64,000 nucleotides of DNA from Pseudomonadota bacterium (GTDB lineage Bacteria; Pseudomonadota; Gammaproteobacteria; Burkholderiales; Burkholderiaceae_C): NCBI GenBank assembly GCA_030538085.1, contig JAUNUR010000003.1, positions 23,281 to 87,280 of the forward strand, written 5' to 3'. The notes beneath the pieces were generated by a model that saw only the letters and a program-made list of their open reading frames with translations, ran no database searches and had not been told where the DNA came from. The position numbers and the translations under genes were made by a program. Shown here one piece after another: positions 39,118 to 49,781 of this stretch. The first letter of the stretch is position 1. Each line of letters opens with the position of its first letter.

Positions 39118-39150
39118 GCTATCTTTTGAATAGCTACAGGCCGTTATCTG

Positions 39151-39240
39151 TGGCGGAGAAGGAGGGATTCGAACCCTCGATACGGTAAACCGTATACCGG
39201 ATTTCGAGTCCGGCGCATTCGACCACTCTGCCACCTCTCC
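39151..39240 (-). tRNA. tRNA-Ser (CGA)
   Basis: GGAGAGGTGGCAGAGTGG...GGACT-CGA-AATCC, long variable arm, GGTTCGAATCC, encoded CCA end. Confidence 0.97.
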
Positions 39241-39296
39241 TGCTTTCGTGTCGAATCGCGTATTTTAGCAGGAGCCGAGCCTGCCGCCACGGCGCC

Positions 39297-40658
<1,362 letters not shown>

Positions 40659-40779
40659 TCAATAGCTGACTGCGCTCTATACAAGGTGATTTCAGATACA
40701 AAACTATCTGAAATTGTCTAATGACGAGCGCAACCAGCTATCAAATTAACTTGATTGTCAAGAAGTCTCAGATATGGCC

Positions 40780-40855
40780 TGTGGGAGCGGCCGTGGCCGC
40801 GATGGCAGCGTTTCGCCCTGAGCCAAGGCTTATCGCGGGCAAGCCCGCTCCCACA
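40780..40855. repeat. REP element (TGTGGGAGCGG...CCGCTCCCACA)
   Basis: Palindromic arms; related copies at 49676-49752 and 62568-62638. Confidence 0.85.
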
Positions 40856-40945
40856 AAAAAAGATGGAAAACCGCGTGCATGCGTGCACGCTCTAAAACTC
40901 GTTGATGAGCAAGCAGATTAAACCTAGAAACGGCTGAGTTCGCAC

Positions 40946-41920
40946 TCAGCTCAGGTGCCCCAGGTTCGATTCACCCGCGTCGTCCAGCTTCAGGCCCTTG
41001 GGCAGCGGAAACTTGATGGTTTCCTCCACGCCGTCGAGTTTGCGCACCGACAGCGCGCCCAGCGCGCGCAGCCGCTCGATGACCTGCCGCACCAGGATGT
41101 CGGGCGCCGAGGCGCCGGCCGTGAGGCCGATGCGTGTCTTGCCTTCGATCCATTCGGCCTGCAGCTCGTCGGCGCTGTCGACCATGTAGGCGTCGGTGCC
41201 CAGCTTCAGCGCCACCTCGCGCAGGCGGTTGCTGTTGCTGCTGGTGGGGCTGCCGACGACGATGACCACGTCGACCGCTTTCGACATCAGCTTCACCGCA
41301 TCCTGCCGGTTCTGCGTGGCGTAGCAGATGTCCTGCTGCTTGGGCTCGCGCACGTGCGGAAAGCGCGCCTTCACCGCCGCCGTGATCTCGGCGGCGTCGT
41401 CCACGCTCAGCGTGGTCTGCGTGACCACCGCCAGCTTCTCGGTCTGCGCGGGCTGGATGCGCGCCACGTCAGCCACGTCTTCCACCAGGTGGATGCCACT
41501 GTCGAGCTGGCCCATGGTGCCTTCCACCTCGGGGTGGCCCTTGTGGCCGATCATGATGAATTCGTAGCCCTCGCGGTTGAGCTTGGCCACCTCGACGTGC
41601 ACCTTGCTCACCAGCGGGCAGGTGGCGTCGAACACGCGAAAGCCGCGCTGCGCCGCCTCGCGCTCGACCGACTTGGGCACGCCGTGCGCGCTGAACACCA
41701 GCGTGGCGCCGGGCGGCACGTCAGCCAGCTCTTCGATGAAGATCGCGCCCTTGGCCTTGAGGTCGTTCACCACGTAGGTGTTGTGCACGATCTCGTGGCG
41801 CACGTAAATGGGCGCGCCGAACTTGGCGATGGCGCGCTCGACGATCTCGATGGCGCGGTCAACGCCGGCGCAGAAGCCGCGCGGCTCGGCGAGGAGGATT
41901 TCGGCGGCTGGGGTTGTCAT
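40946..41920 (-). CDS. ispH: 4-hydroxy-3-methylbut-2-enyl diphosphate reductase
   Basis: [39 protein letters not shown]. Confidence 0.97.
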   Translation of the reverse strand: MTTPAAEILLAEPRGFCAGVDRAIEIVERAIAKFGAPIYVRHEIVHNTYVVNDLKAKGAIFIEELADVPPGATLVFSAHGVPKSVEREAAQRGFRVFDATCPLVSKVHVEVAKLNREGYEFIMIGHKGHPEVEGTMGQLDSGIHLVEDVADVARIQPAQTEKLAVVTQTTLSVDDAAEITAAVKARFPHVREPKQQDICYATQNRQDAVKLMSKAVDVVIVVGSPTSSNSNRLREVALKLGTDAYMVDSADELQAEWIEGKTRIGLTAGASAPDILVRQVIERLRALGALSVRKLDGVEETIKFPLPKGLKLDDAGESNLGHLS

Positions 41921-41945
41921 GCGCTGGAGCTCTCCGGATATAAGC

Positions 41946-42046
41946 TCCCTCTCCACCTCAGGGGGAGAGGGTTGGGGTGAGGGGAAGTTGGCTGGGTGCT
42001 GCGCGCCACCCTCACCCCCGCCCTCTCCCGCCAGCGGGAGAGGGAG
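41946..42046. repeat. Palindromic intergenic repeat (CCCTCACCCC..CCCTCTCCC..GGGAGAGGG type)
   Basis: Two nested hairpin units in inverted arrangement. Confidence 0.75.
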
Positions 42047-42069
42047 TGGCTGGGTACGACGCCAGAGGC

Positions 42070-42513
42070 TCACAGCACGCCAATAATGTGCACTTCGAAA
42101 GTCACCGGCTGGCCCGCCAGCGGGTGGTTGAAGTCGAGCCGCAACGCGCCATCGTCACGCACCGCCTGCACCACGGCGGCGAACTGGCCCTGGCCGTCGG
42201 GCGTGGGCAGGTGGATCACGTCGCCCACGGCATAGCGCTCCTGCGGGTCGCCCATGGCGTCCAGTTCCTTGCGCGCCAGCCACTGGATCATGTCGGGGTT
42301 GCGCTCGCCAAAGGCCTCGCCGGCGGGGATGTCGAACGCGGCGCGCGCGCCCTCGGCCAGGCCGATCAGGCGCTGCTCCACCACGGGCGACAGCTCGCCC
42401 GCGCCCAGCGACAGCGTGGCTGGCTTGCCGCCGAAGGTGTTGACGACATCACCCTGCGGGCCGGCCAGGCGGTAATGCAGGGTCAGGAAGGAACCGGGTT
42501 CGACGACGCTCAT
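42070..42513 (-). CDS. fkpB: FKBP-type peptidyl-prolyl isomerase (SlpA/FkpB)
   Basis: [27 protein letters not shown]; upstream of ispH as is conserved. Confidence 0.92.
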   Translation of the reverse strand: MSVVEPGSFLTLHYRLAGPQGDVVNTFGGKPATLSLGAGELSPVVEQRLIGLAEGARAAFDIPAGEAFGERNPDMIQWLARKELDAMGDPQERYAVGDVIHLPTPDGQGQFAAVVQAVRDDGALRLDFNHPLAGQPVTFEVHIIGVL

Positions 42514-42594
42514 GAATATGTCGAGTAGAAAAAAGGCCAAACGCCCCAGATAAACTGCCTCGATTGTAGAAACCGCCCTGCCCCGCCGCCCCGC

Positions 42595-43272
42595 ATGTCG
42601 CTCAAAGACCTTCCTGCCGATGCGCGTCCGCGCGAAAAGCTGCTCGCCCGCGGCCCCGGCGCGCTGAGCGATGCCGAGCTGCTGGCGCTGCTGCTGCGCA
42701 CCGGCACCGCCGGACGCGGCGTGCTGCAGATGGCGCAGGAGGTGCTGGAATCGTTCGGCGGCATCGCCGGCCTGCTGCACGCCGGTGCCGACGACCTGAA
42801 GCGCGTGAAAGGCCTGGGCGGCAGCGCCAAGCGCGCCGAGCTGATGGCCGTGCTGGAGCTGGCGCGCCGCGCGCTGGCCGAGCAGTTGAAGGAGCGCGCC
42901 GCGTTCGACTCAGCCGCCGCCGTGAAGGACTACCTGCAACTGCACCTGGCCGCGCGCCCGCACGAGGTGTTCGCCGTGCTGTTTCTCGACGCGCAGCACA
43001 AGCTGATCGCGCTGGAAGAGCTGTTTCGCGGCACGCTCACGCAGACCAGCGTGTACCCGCGCGAGGTGGCGCTGCGCGCGCTGCACCACCACGCGGCAGC
43101 GGTGATTCTGGCGCACAACCACCCCAGCGGCGGCGTGCAGCCCAGCCGCGCCGACGAGGCCATCACGCAGCAGCTGAAAAGCGCGCTGGCGCTGATCGAC
43201 GTGCGCGTGCTCGACCACGTGATCGTGGCGCCGGGCCAGGCACTGTCGATGGCGGAGAAAGGGCTCATATGA
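42595..43272 (+). CDS. radC: RadC/JAB-domain protein
   Basis: PREKL...[31 protein letters not shown]. Confidence 0.95.
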   Translation: MSLKDLPADARPREKLLARGPGALSDAELLALLLRTGTAGRGVLQMAQEVLESFGGIAGLLHAGADDLKRVKGLGGSAKRAELMAVLELARRALAEQLKERAAFDSAAAVKDYLQLHLAARPHEVFAVLFLDAQHKLIALEELFRGTLTQTSVYPREVALRALHHHAAAVILAHNHPSGGVQPSRADEAITQQLKSALALIDVRVLDHVIVAPGQALSMAEKGLI

Positions 43273-43310
43273 CCCCCCCTGAGCCGCTGCGCGGCTTCCC
43301 CCAGGGGACA
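43272..43310. repeat. REP element (CCCCCTGAG..GC..CGCG.CTTCCCCC); inverted copy near 63515-63555
   Basis: Shared core with the lpxA-fabZ intergenic sequence. Confidence 0.55.
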
Positions 43311-43417
43311 GCGCCACCGGCCGGCGCAGGTCCGGCCACGGCGTTCTGGCACGGCCTGCTCCGCGGCCATCGGTTCAGTCGAGCGGCGTGCATCCTGCGG
43401 ATGCCGGAGATGAAGGC

Positions 43418-44074
43418 GTGAAGGCGAAATCGTTCCAGGATCTGAAAGCCATCCGCGCCCGCCTGGCCGAGGCCGAAGCCCGCGCCGCCGAAGAGGCTGC
43501 CGCGCGCGCCGCCGCAGCGAAGAAGGCGCAGGCCGAGCACAATCTGTTCGCCCGCGCCATCGGCCCCACGCAGCCGCTGCGCGCCCATGGCCGCGTGGTG
43601 CACGCGCCCGTGCCCACGCCGCCCGAGCCGCGCCAGCGCGTGCTGGACGAGCAGGCCGCGCTGCGCGAGGCGATTTCCGACGAGTTCGACGCCAGCACGC
43701 TGCTGCACACCGACGAGCACCTGAGCTTTCGCCGCCCCGGGGTCGGCCCCGACGTGACGGCCAAGCTGCGGCGCGGCCACTGGACGGTGCAAGCGCAGAT
43801 CGACCTGCACGGCCTGCGCACCGATGCAGCGCGCGAGACACTGGGCCAGTTCCTGCGCGAGGCCACGAAAGCCGGCCTGCGCTGCGTGCGCGTGGTGCAC
43901 GGCAAGGGCCTGGGCTCGCCCGGCAGAATGCCGGTGCTCAAGGCCAAGGTGCACGGCTGGCTGATCCAGAAAAAGGAAGTGCTGGCCTTCGTGCAGGCCC
44001 GGCCACTGGAGGGCGGCGCGGGGGCGTTGCTGGTGCTGTTGACCGCCGCGCCGGCAGGAAGACACGGTCTTTAG
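43418..44074 (+). CDS. Smr/MutS2-domain protein
   Basis: QIDLHGL, VVHGKGLGS, GGAGALLVLL. Confidence 0.93.
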   Translation: MKAKSFQDLKAIRARLAEAEARAAEEAAARAAAAKKAQAEHNLFARAIGPTQPLRAHGRVVHAPVPTPPEPRQRVLDEQAALREAISDEFDASTLLHTDEHLSFRRPGVGPDVTAKLRRGHWTVQAQIDLHGLRTDAARETLGQFLREATKAGLRCVRVVHGKGLGSPGRMPVLKAKVHGWLIQKKEVLAFVQARPLEGGAGALLVLLTAAPAGRHGL

Positions 44075-44125
44075 GGCCTGTTCACGATCTCTGAACGGGT
44101 GTCTGAGAGGCTGTCGTGATGATTG

Positions 44126-44363
44126 AACCTAGAAACGGCAGTTGACCGCTCGCCATCTTTGGGCAACCCGCATGAACGCTGACTTTCATGGCTTCGATCA
44201 CGCTCACCTGTTGGGTGAGGGCGCTATGCACCCGATCACACCGCGCTGGCCGCGCCATGCGGCGTTGCTCGTCCTCGCAGGCACGAGCCTGCCGCGTCCT
44301 CGCGCCTTGCCTGGCACGCCCATCACGGCACGCTCGGGCGCATCCAACTGCCGTTTCTAGGTT
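44126..44363. mobile_element. 238-bp MITE-like element, copy 2
   Basis: Perfect 19-bp inverted ends AACCTAGAAACGGCAGTTG. Confidence 0.88.
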
Positions 44364-44383
44364 GAAAACCTCAATAGGTCGCT

Positions 44384-45430
44384 TCAGAACCCAGTCATCG
44401 CAGCCGCCCCTTCGGGGCGTGCCTCGCCACTGCGCGGGTCGATGGCCTGCAAGGGCAGCGGCTGCATCGCGCGGCCGTAAAGGCGCGCCACGCGCTCGGC
44501 CAGCGGGGGGTGGCTGTCCAGCCAGCGGGCCTGCACGCGCTCGTCGATCAGCATCATGTGCGAAAACACGCCATGCCAGCCGCGCGCCACCGCCGCCACG
44601 CCCGCGCGCCGCTGGGTCATGACCTTGCGCAGCACGCCGCCCAGACCATCGCGGCTGCGCGTCCATTGCACGGCCCGTGCGTCGGCCAGCAGTTCGCGCT
44701 CGCGCGAGATCGCCGCCTGCAGCAGGCGCCCGGCCATCCAGCCCAGCCACCCGACGCCCATGATGACCACGCCGGGCGGCACGGTCAGAGCCCTCCATAC
44801 GGGCCTGCGGTCGGCCTCGGGGCTGTCGCCGCGCCCCAGATCGCGCAGGGCCTGGCCGTAACCATGCAGCATCTCCAGGCCCGCCACCATGCCGGCCAGC
44901 TGCATGTTGATGCGCGTGTCGCCCTCGCGCAAATGGCTCATCTCGTGCGCCACCAGGCCTTGCAGCTCATCGCGCGTGAGCGCGTCCAGCGCGCCCTCGG
45001 TCACCACCACCACCCAGTCGGCCGGTGTCCACCCGGCGGCAAAGGCGTTGATGGCCACCACGCGCGGCTGCACCATCACGAGCGGGCGCGGCATCTGCGC
45101 CGCCAACGCCATTTCCTGCACCGTGTTGACCAGGCGCTGCTCGGCGAACGACACGCCCGGCCGAAGTTCACGCGCGCCCAGACGGCGCGCCAGCCTTTCG
45201 CCAGACTGCAGGCTGGAACTCTCGATCCACCAGCCGCCCAGCACCATCATCAGCCCCAGGCCGATGTTGACGGCGGCGAAATGGGGCGGCGTTGACCACC
45301 CCACCAGCTTGAACAGCGCCCACAAGCCCAGATGCAGCCCCAGCACCGTGACCGTCACGGCCACCACGAAGGCCATCATGAGCCGGCGCGAACGCACGCG
45401 CGCGCTGGCCTGGTGATCGAAAAAACGCAT
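44384..45430 (-). CDS. M48-family (HtpX-like) membrane metalloprotease
   Basis: INAFAAG, VAHEMSH, ISRERELLADA, SHPPLAER. Confidence 0.92.
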   Translation of the reverse strand: MRFFDHQASARVRSRRLMMAFVVAVTVTVLGLHLGLWALFKLVGWSTPPHFAAVNIGLGLMMVLGGWWIESSSLQSGERLARRLGARELRPGVSFAEQRLVNTVQEMALAAQMPRPLVMVQPRVVAINAFAAGWTPADWVVVVTEGALDALTRDELQGLVAHEMSHLREGDTRINMQLAGMVAGLEMLHGYGQALRDLGRGDSPEADRRPVWRALTVPPGVVIMGVGWLGWMAGRLLQAAISRERELLADARAVQWTRSRDGLGGVLRKVMTQRRAGVAAVARGWHGVFSHMMLIDERVQARWLDSHPPLAERVARLYGRAMQPLPLQAIDPRSGEARPEGAAAMTGF

Positions 45431-45449
45431 GGGCGCGCGGGCAGCGGCC

Positions 45450-46043
45450 CTAGAACACCACGCGCGGCACGGCGCGCTCGGCCTCGCTGGTGGTGGATTG
45501 CAGCATGGCGTTGGGCGCGAAGTTGAACAGCCGCGCCACCACCAGCGCCGGAAACACGCCGATGGCGTTGTTGTAGTCCAGCGCCGCGTCGTTGTAGGCC
45601 TGGCGCGCGAAGCCGATGCGGTTCTCGGTGCTGGTCAGCTCCTCGCCCAGCTCGCGCATGCGGGCGTCGGCCTTCAGCTCGGGATAGCTTTCAGCCACCG
45701 CCAGCAGCCGGCCCAGGCTGCCCATCAGTCCCTGCTCGGCCATCGCCATCGCGCCCAGCGCCTGCGCATCGCCAGGGCGCTGGCGCGCGCCGGCTGCCGC
45801 GCCCTGCGCCTGGCCGCGCGCGGCGATCACGGCCTGCAGCGTCTCTGCTTCGTGCTTCATGTATCGCTGGGCGACTTCCACCAGATTGGGCACCAGGTCA
45901 TGCCGGCGCTTGAGCTGCACATCAATCTGCCCGAAGGCATTGGCGATGCGGTTGCGCAACTCGATCAGCCGGTTGTAGATCAGCACCGCGCCCAGCAGCA
46001 GCAACGCGATGACGGCAACGATGATCCAGGCCAGGGTACTCAT
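45450..46043 (-). CDS. lemA: LemA-family protein
   Basis: IDVQLKRRHDLVPNLVE, ESYPELKAD, ENRIGFARQAYND. Confidence 0.96.
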   Translation of the reverse strand: MSTLAWIIVAVIALLLLGAVLIYNRLIELRNRIANAFGQIDVQLKRRHDLVPNLVEVAQRYMKHEAETLQAVIAARGQAQGAAAGARQRPGDAQALGAMAMAEQGLMGSLGRLLAVAESYPELKADARMRELGEELTSTENRIGFARQAYNDAALDYNNAIGVFPALVVARLFNFAPNAMLQSTTSEAERAVPRVVF

Positions 46044-46113
46044 TTCGCTTCCTTTTCGGCGGTCTGCCGACGTGGGGCGATTGTGACCGAGCCGGGTGTC
46101 AGCGCGCCCGCCT

Positions 46114-46512
46114 TCACCCGGGCCGGTTGCGCATGAAATCGGCCACCTCCAACAGGCTCTGGCTCAACCGCTGGCGCAGCGAATCCTCCACGCCGGTCTC
46201 GCGCATGGCCTGGTCCATGCAGGCCACCCATTCGTCGCGTTCGCGGATGCCGATGGCGAACGGCAGGTGGCGCATGCGCAGGCGCGGGTGGCCAAAGCGT
46301 TCGATGTAGTGCTGAGGCCCGCCCAGCCAGCCGCACAGAAACCAGAACAGCTTCCGGCGCGCATCATCCAGCGTGCTGCCGTGCGTGGCGCGCACGGCGG
46401 CGTAGCCGGGTTCCAGGTCCATCAAGTCGTAAAAACGCTCGACCAGCGCCTGCACCACCGGCTCGCCACCGATCAAGTCGAACGGCGTGGCGGAATCGGT
46501 TTTCTGAGTCAA
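46114..46512 (-). CDS. Group II truncated hemoglobin
   Basis: LVERFYDLM, FLCGWLGGP, HPRLRMRH.PF.I. Confidence 0.93.
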   Translation of the reverse strand: MTQKTDSATPFDLIGGEPVVQALVERFYDLMDLEPGYAAVRATHGSTLDDARRKLFWFLCGWLGGPQHYIERFGHPRLRMRHLPFAIGIRERDEWVACMDQAMRETGVEDSLRQRLSQSLLEVADFMRNRPG

Positions 46513-46591
46513 ATTGGGCTCCAGCGCTTACGGAATGCGGGCAGTAAGCTACTCTTTTTGTAGCCTTCGACGCCCGGTGGCGCTGTTGATT

Positions 46592-46637
46592 CTATTGAGC
46601 CACCCAACCCCGCGCGCGCGGTTGGGTGGCTCAATAG
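46592..46637. terminator. Perfect 18-bp hairpin at the patatin gene end
   Basis: CTATTGAGCCACCCAACC / GGTTGGGTGGCTCAATAG with a 10-nt loop. Confidence 0.55.
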
Positions 46638-47842
46638 GGTGTGGAGCCATCAGCCGCGGGCGAGGCCGCGGGCCCGCCCGCGGCGCGCACGGCCCGCTCG
46701 GCAGCGTCTGCCGCGGCACTGGCGGCGTGGGCCTGCTCCTGGGCCGACCACAGGAACCGCGTCAGCGCCGCGCCGTCCTCGCCATCTTCGGTGTCGTCAT
46801 CGCCCGCGGGCTCGAACTCCAGCTTCAGCGGGTCGCCGTAGTCGCGCTGCAGGTTGATGGAGCTTTTTTCACCTACGGCGTCGAAGCTGCGCTTGAGCCA
46901 GCGCTGCGCGCTCTCCTGGCCCAGGGCGAACAGTTTTTCCAGCGTGGCGCGCTGCGGCGTGATCTTGCTGGAGGCCGGCATCTCCGCCAGCGCCGTGCCG
47001 CCGTCGATGCGGTGCATGTGCACGGGCTTCAGCCCTTCGCGGGCCACGCCGCGCGCCACCAGTTCATTGACCAGCGCGATGGTGCGCATCTGCGCGATCA
47101 GGCTGGCGTTGAAGGTCAGGTCGCCCACGCGGTCGGTGATCTCGGCCGCCGACGTGGGCTTGCCCGCGCGCTTGAGCGGGTTGATCTGCACCAGCAGGAT
47201 GTCGTTGGTCTCGCCCATTTCCACCAGCGGACCCAGCGCCGGGTTGGCCGAATAGCCGCCGTCCCAGTAGGTCTTGCCGTTGATCTCGGGCGCCTGGAAC
47301 AGCTGCGGCAGGCAGGCCGAGGCCATAACGGCCTCGGCCGTCAGGCGCTTGCCACTGAAGATTTCGGCGCGGCCGGTTTCCACATCGGTGGCGGCCACGA
47401 ACACGCGCAGCGCGCGCAGCTTGCCCAGGCGGTCGAAGTCGATCTCGCGCTCGATCAGCCGCCGCAGCGGGTTGAAGTCGAGCGGGTTGACCTGGTAGGG
47501 CGAAAACCTCGTCAGCGCGCCGGGCAGCGCGCCCATCATCAGCTTGGTCAGGCGCGCGGTGCTCGCGCTGGCGGCGCCCAGCTCCATCACCTTGGTCCAC
47601 ACGCGGGCCAGCGATGCGCGGGCGCCTTCGTACGGGTCCTGCTTGTCGTCCATCGCCTGCGCCCAGCCATGCGCCAGCGCCACGGCGTTGATGGCCCCCG
47701 CGCTGGTGCCGCTAATGCCCAACGGCCGCAGCCGGCCATCCATCAGCAGGGTATCCAGCACGCCCCAGGTAAAGGCGCCATGCGCGCCGCCGCCTTGCAG
47801 CGCCAGGTGAATCGGTCGGGAAGTGTTCTGCATCAGACTCAT
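46631..47842 (-). CDS. Patatin-like phospholipase
   Basis: QGGGAHG, GTSAG, WDGG motifs. Confidence 0.92.
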   Translation of the reverse strand: MSLMQNTSRPIHLALQGGGAHGAFTWGVLDTLLMDGRLRPLGISGTSAGAINAVALAHGWAQAMDDKQDPYEGARASLARVWTKVMELGAASASTARLTKLMMGALPGALTRFSPYQVNPLDFNPLRRLIEREIDFDRLGKLRALRVFVAATDVETGRAEIFSGKRLTAEAVMASACLPQLFQAPEINGKTYWDGGYSANPALGPLVEMGETNDILLVQINPLKRAGKPTSAAEITDRVGDLTFNASLIAQMRTIALVNELVARGVAREGLKPVHMHRIDGGTALAEMPASSKITPQRATLEKLFALGQESAQRWLKRSFDAVGEKSSINLQRDYGDPLKLEFEPAGDDDTEDGEDGAALTRFLWSAQEQAHAASAAADAAERAVRAAGGPAASPAADGSTPY

Positions 47843-48002
47843 ACGGCAAGTGGAGCACGGGCTGCAACCAAAACCCGCTCAGGCACGCCACTTCGCGGCG
47901 TTGACCTACAGAGCGCACACTCTAATTCCTTGGTTGACAGTCCATCGGGCCAGGCCATGGCTCCGTGGATAACACCAACCGGCGCGGACGCCGGCGGCTG
48001 CC

Positions 48003-49625
48003 TCAGAGGCTGCCCTCAAACTGCTCGCGCAAGGCCGCCAACCGCCGCATCAGTTCCTGCGGCACCTCGCGCACGGTGCGCGCCGCACCACGGTAGATGG
48101 CGCCGCTGCCGCCGTCCAGCGTCAGCACCTCGCCCTCGGCCAATTCAACCCCGGCCAGGCGCACGCCGCGTCGCGGCAAATCAATGCCAAGCTGCTCGCA
48201 CCCCACCAGGCACACCTTGCCCAACTGGCGCGCCACCACGGCGGCGTGCGCGGTGCGGGCGCCGCGCGCGGTCAACAGGCCGGCGGCAATGTCCAGCGCC
48301 GCCAGGTCGCGTGTCTCGGCATCCTGGCGCAGCAGCAGCACGGCCACTCCGGCCGCCTGGCGGGCGCGGGCGCGCTCCTCGTCCAGCGCGATCTCGCCAA
48401 TCGCCACGCCGTGCGCGGCGCTCACCGCCCGCGCCAATGGCGTGGCATCGCCCTCGTCGGTGACCACGCGCTGCATGGTCAGTTGTTCCTCATCCAGGCC
48501 TTCGGTGCGCCGGCGCGCCTCGTCGGCGCTGATGACGCCCTCGTCCACCAGATCAAGCGCGATGCGCGCGCATGCCTGCGCCGTGCGCTTGCCGGCTCGC
48601 GTCTGCAGCAGCCAGAGTTGGCCGTTTTCAACCGTGAACTCGAAATCCTGCATGTCGCCGAAGACTTGTTCCAACTGCTGCGTGGCCATCAGCAGCGCCT
48701 GCCACACCGACGGCGCGGTGGCGGCCAGCGCGTCGTGGCCTTGCGCGCTGCGGCGCCCGGACACCACGTCCTCGCCCTGCGCGTTGAACAGGAAGTCCAC
48801 CCAGGGCGCCGGCTCGCCAGTGGAAGGGTGGCGCGTGAAACCCACGCCCGCGCCCGATGTGCCACCGGCGTTGCCAAACACCATGCGCTGCACCGTGACG
48901 GCCGTGCCGATGGCGTCCGACAAGCCGTTCAGGCGACGGTATTCCTGCGCCTTCGGTGCCTGCCAGCTAGCGAACACGGCGGCGATGGCCTGCTCCAGCT
49001 GAGCGCGCGGCGACTGCGGAAAGGGCTGGCCCGCCACCCGTTGCACGCTCGCCAGATGGGCGCGCGTCAAGGCGCGCAGTTCAGCGAAATCGAGTTCACG
49101 CTCGTCACGCCCGGCGGCGATCTGCGCCAGATCGGCTTCGAACACCTCGGCCGGAACGCCCATCACCACTTCGCCAAAACCGGCCACCAGGCGGCGGTAA
49201 GCGTCCCACACCAAGCGCGGGTTGCCAGTGGCGCGCAGGAAGCCGGGCAAGGTGGAGTCAGCCAGGCCGATGTTCAGCAACGTCTCCATCATGCCCGGCA
49301 TCGACACCGGCGCGCCCGAACGCACCGACAGCAGCAGCGGCCGGCCGGCGTCGCCAAAGCGCGCGCCGCTGGCGTGCTCCAGCACGCCCAGGGCATGCTG
49401 CCAAACGCCCGGCTCCAGCGCCCTCGGATCGGCGCACCAGCCGGTGCCCAACACGAAGGCCGGCGGCACCGGCAGCCCCAGCGCCGCCATGCGCGCCAGG
49501 TTGTGCGCCTTGAAGCCGACCAGCTCGGGCGAGGACACGAGGGTGCTGCGGCTGCGGGGCCCGCAGCCGATCAGCACCACGGCGTGCGCGGCGGAGGGGA
49601 AGTGGGTGGTGTCACGTGCGTTCAT
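48003..49625 (-). CDS. PPDK-like protein (ATP-grasp + phospho-His domains, no pyruvate-binding barrel)
   Basis: SVRSGAPVSMPGMM, VQRMVFGN, AQGEDVVSG, LLQTRAGKRT, TAHAAVVAR; ends at 540 aa. Confidence 0.88.
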   Translation of the reverse strand: MNARDTTHFPSAAHAVVLIGCGPRSRSTLVSSPELVGFKAHNLARMAALGLPVPPAFVLGTGWCADPRALEPGVWQHALGVLEHASGARFGDAGRPLLLSVRSGAPVSMPGMMETLLNIGLADSTLPGFLRATGNPRLVWDAYRRLVAGFGEVVMGVPAEVFEADLAQIAAGRDERELDFAELRALTRAHLASVQRVAGQPFPQSPRAQLEQAIAAVFASWQAPKAQEYRRLNGLSDAIGTAVTVQRMVFGNAGGTSGAGVGFTRHPSTGEPAPWVDFLFNAQGEDVVSGRRSAQGHDALAATAPSVWQALLMATQQLEQVFGDMQDFEFTVENGQLWLLQTRAGKRTAQACARIALDLVDEGVISADEARRRTEGLDEEQLTMQRVVTDEGDATPLARAVSAAHGVAIGEIALDEERARARQAAGVAVLLLRQDAETRDLAALDIAAGLLTARGARTAHAAVVARQLGKVCLVGCEQLGIDLPRRGVRLAGVELAEGEVLTLDGGSGAIYRGAARTVREVPQELMRRLAALREQFEGSL

Positions 49626-49675
49626 GCTGAGAACCTTCAGGAATCAGTGCGGTGCGGTGCCAGCGCCGCAGTTTC

Positions 49676-49752
49676 TGTGGGAGCGGCCTTGGCCGCGATG
49701 GCGGCGTGTCGGCCTTGATTGGAGCTGCATCGCGGCCAAGGCCGCTCCCACA
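49676..49752. repeat. REP element (TGTGGGAGCGG family)
   Basis: Arms TGTGGGAGCGGCCTTGGCCGCGAT / ATCGCGGCCAAGGCCGCTCCCACA. Confidence 0.88.
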
Positions 49753-49781
49753 AAAAGACTGCAACGCCACGATGACGCGGG

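Larger units (their letters stand above)
2190..39150. mobile_element. tRNA-Ser-linked composite genomic island (BGC + decayed cargo + prophage remnant)
   Basis: Bounded by core hslR and the tRNA-Ser 3' end; integrase abuts the tRNA; contains IS, MITEs and phage genes. Left boundary is approximate because no att duplication was found. Confidence 0.6.
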
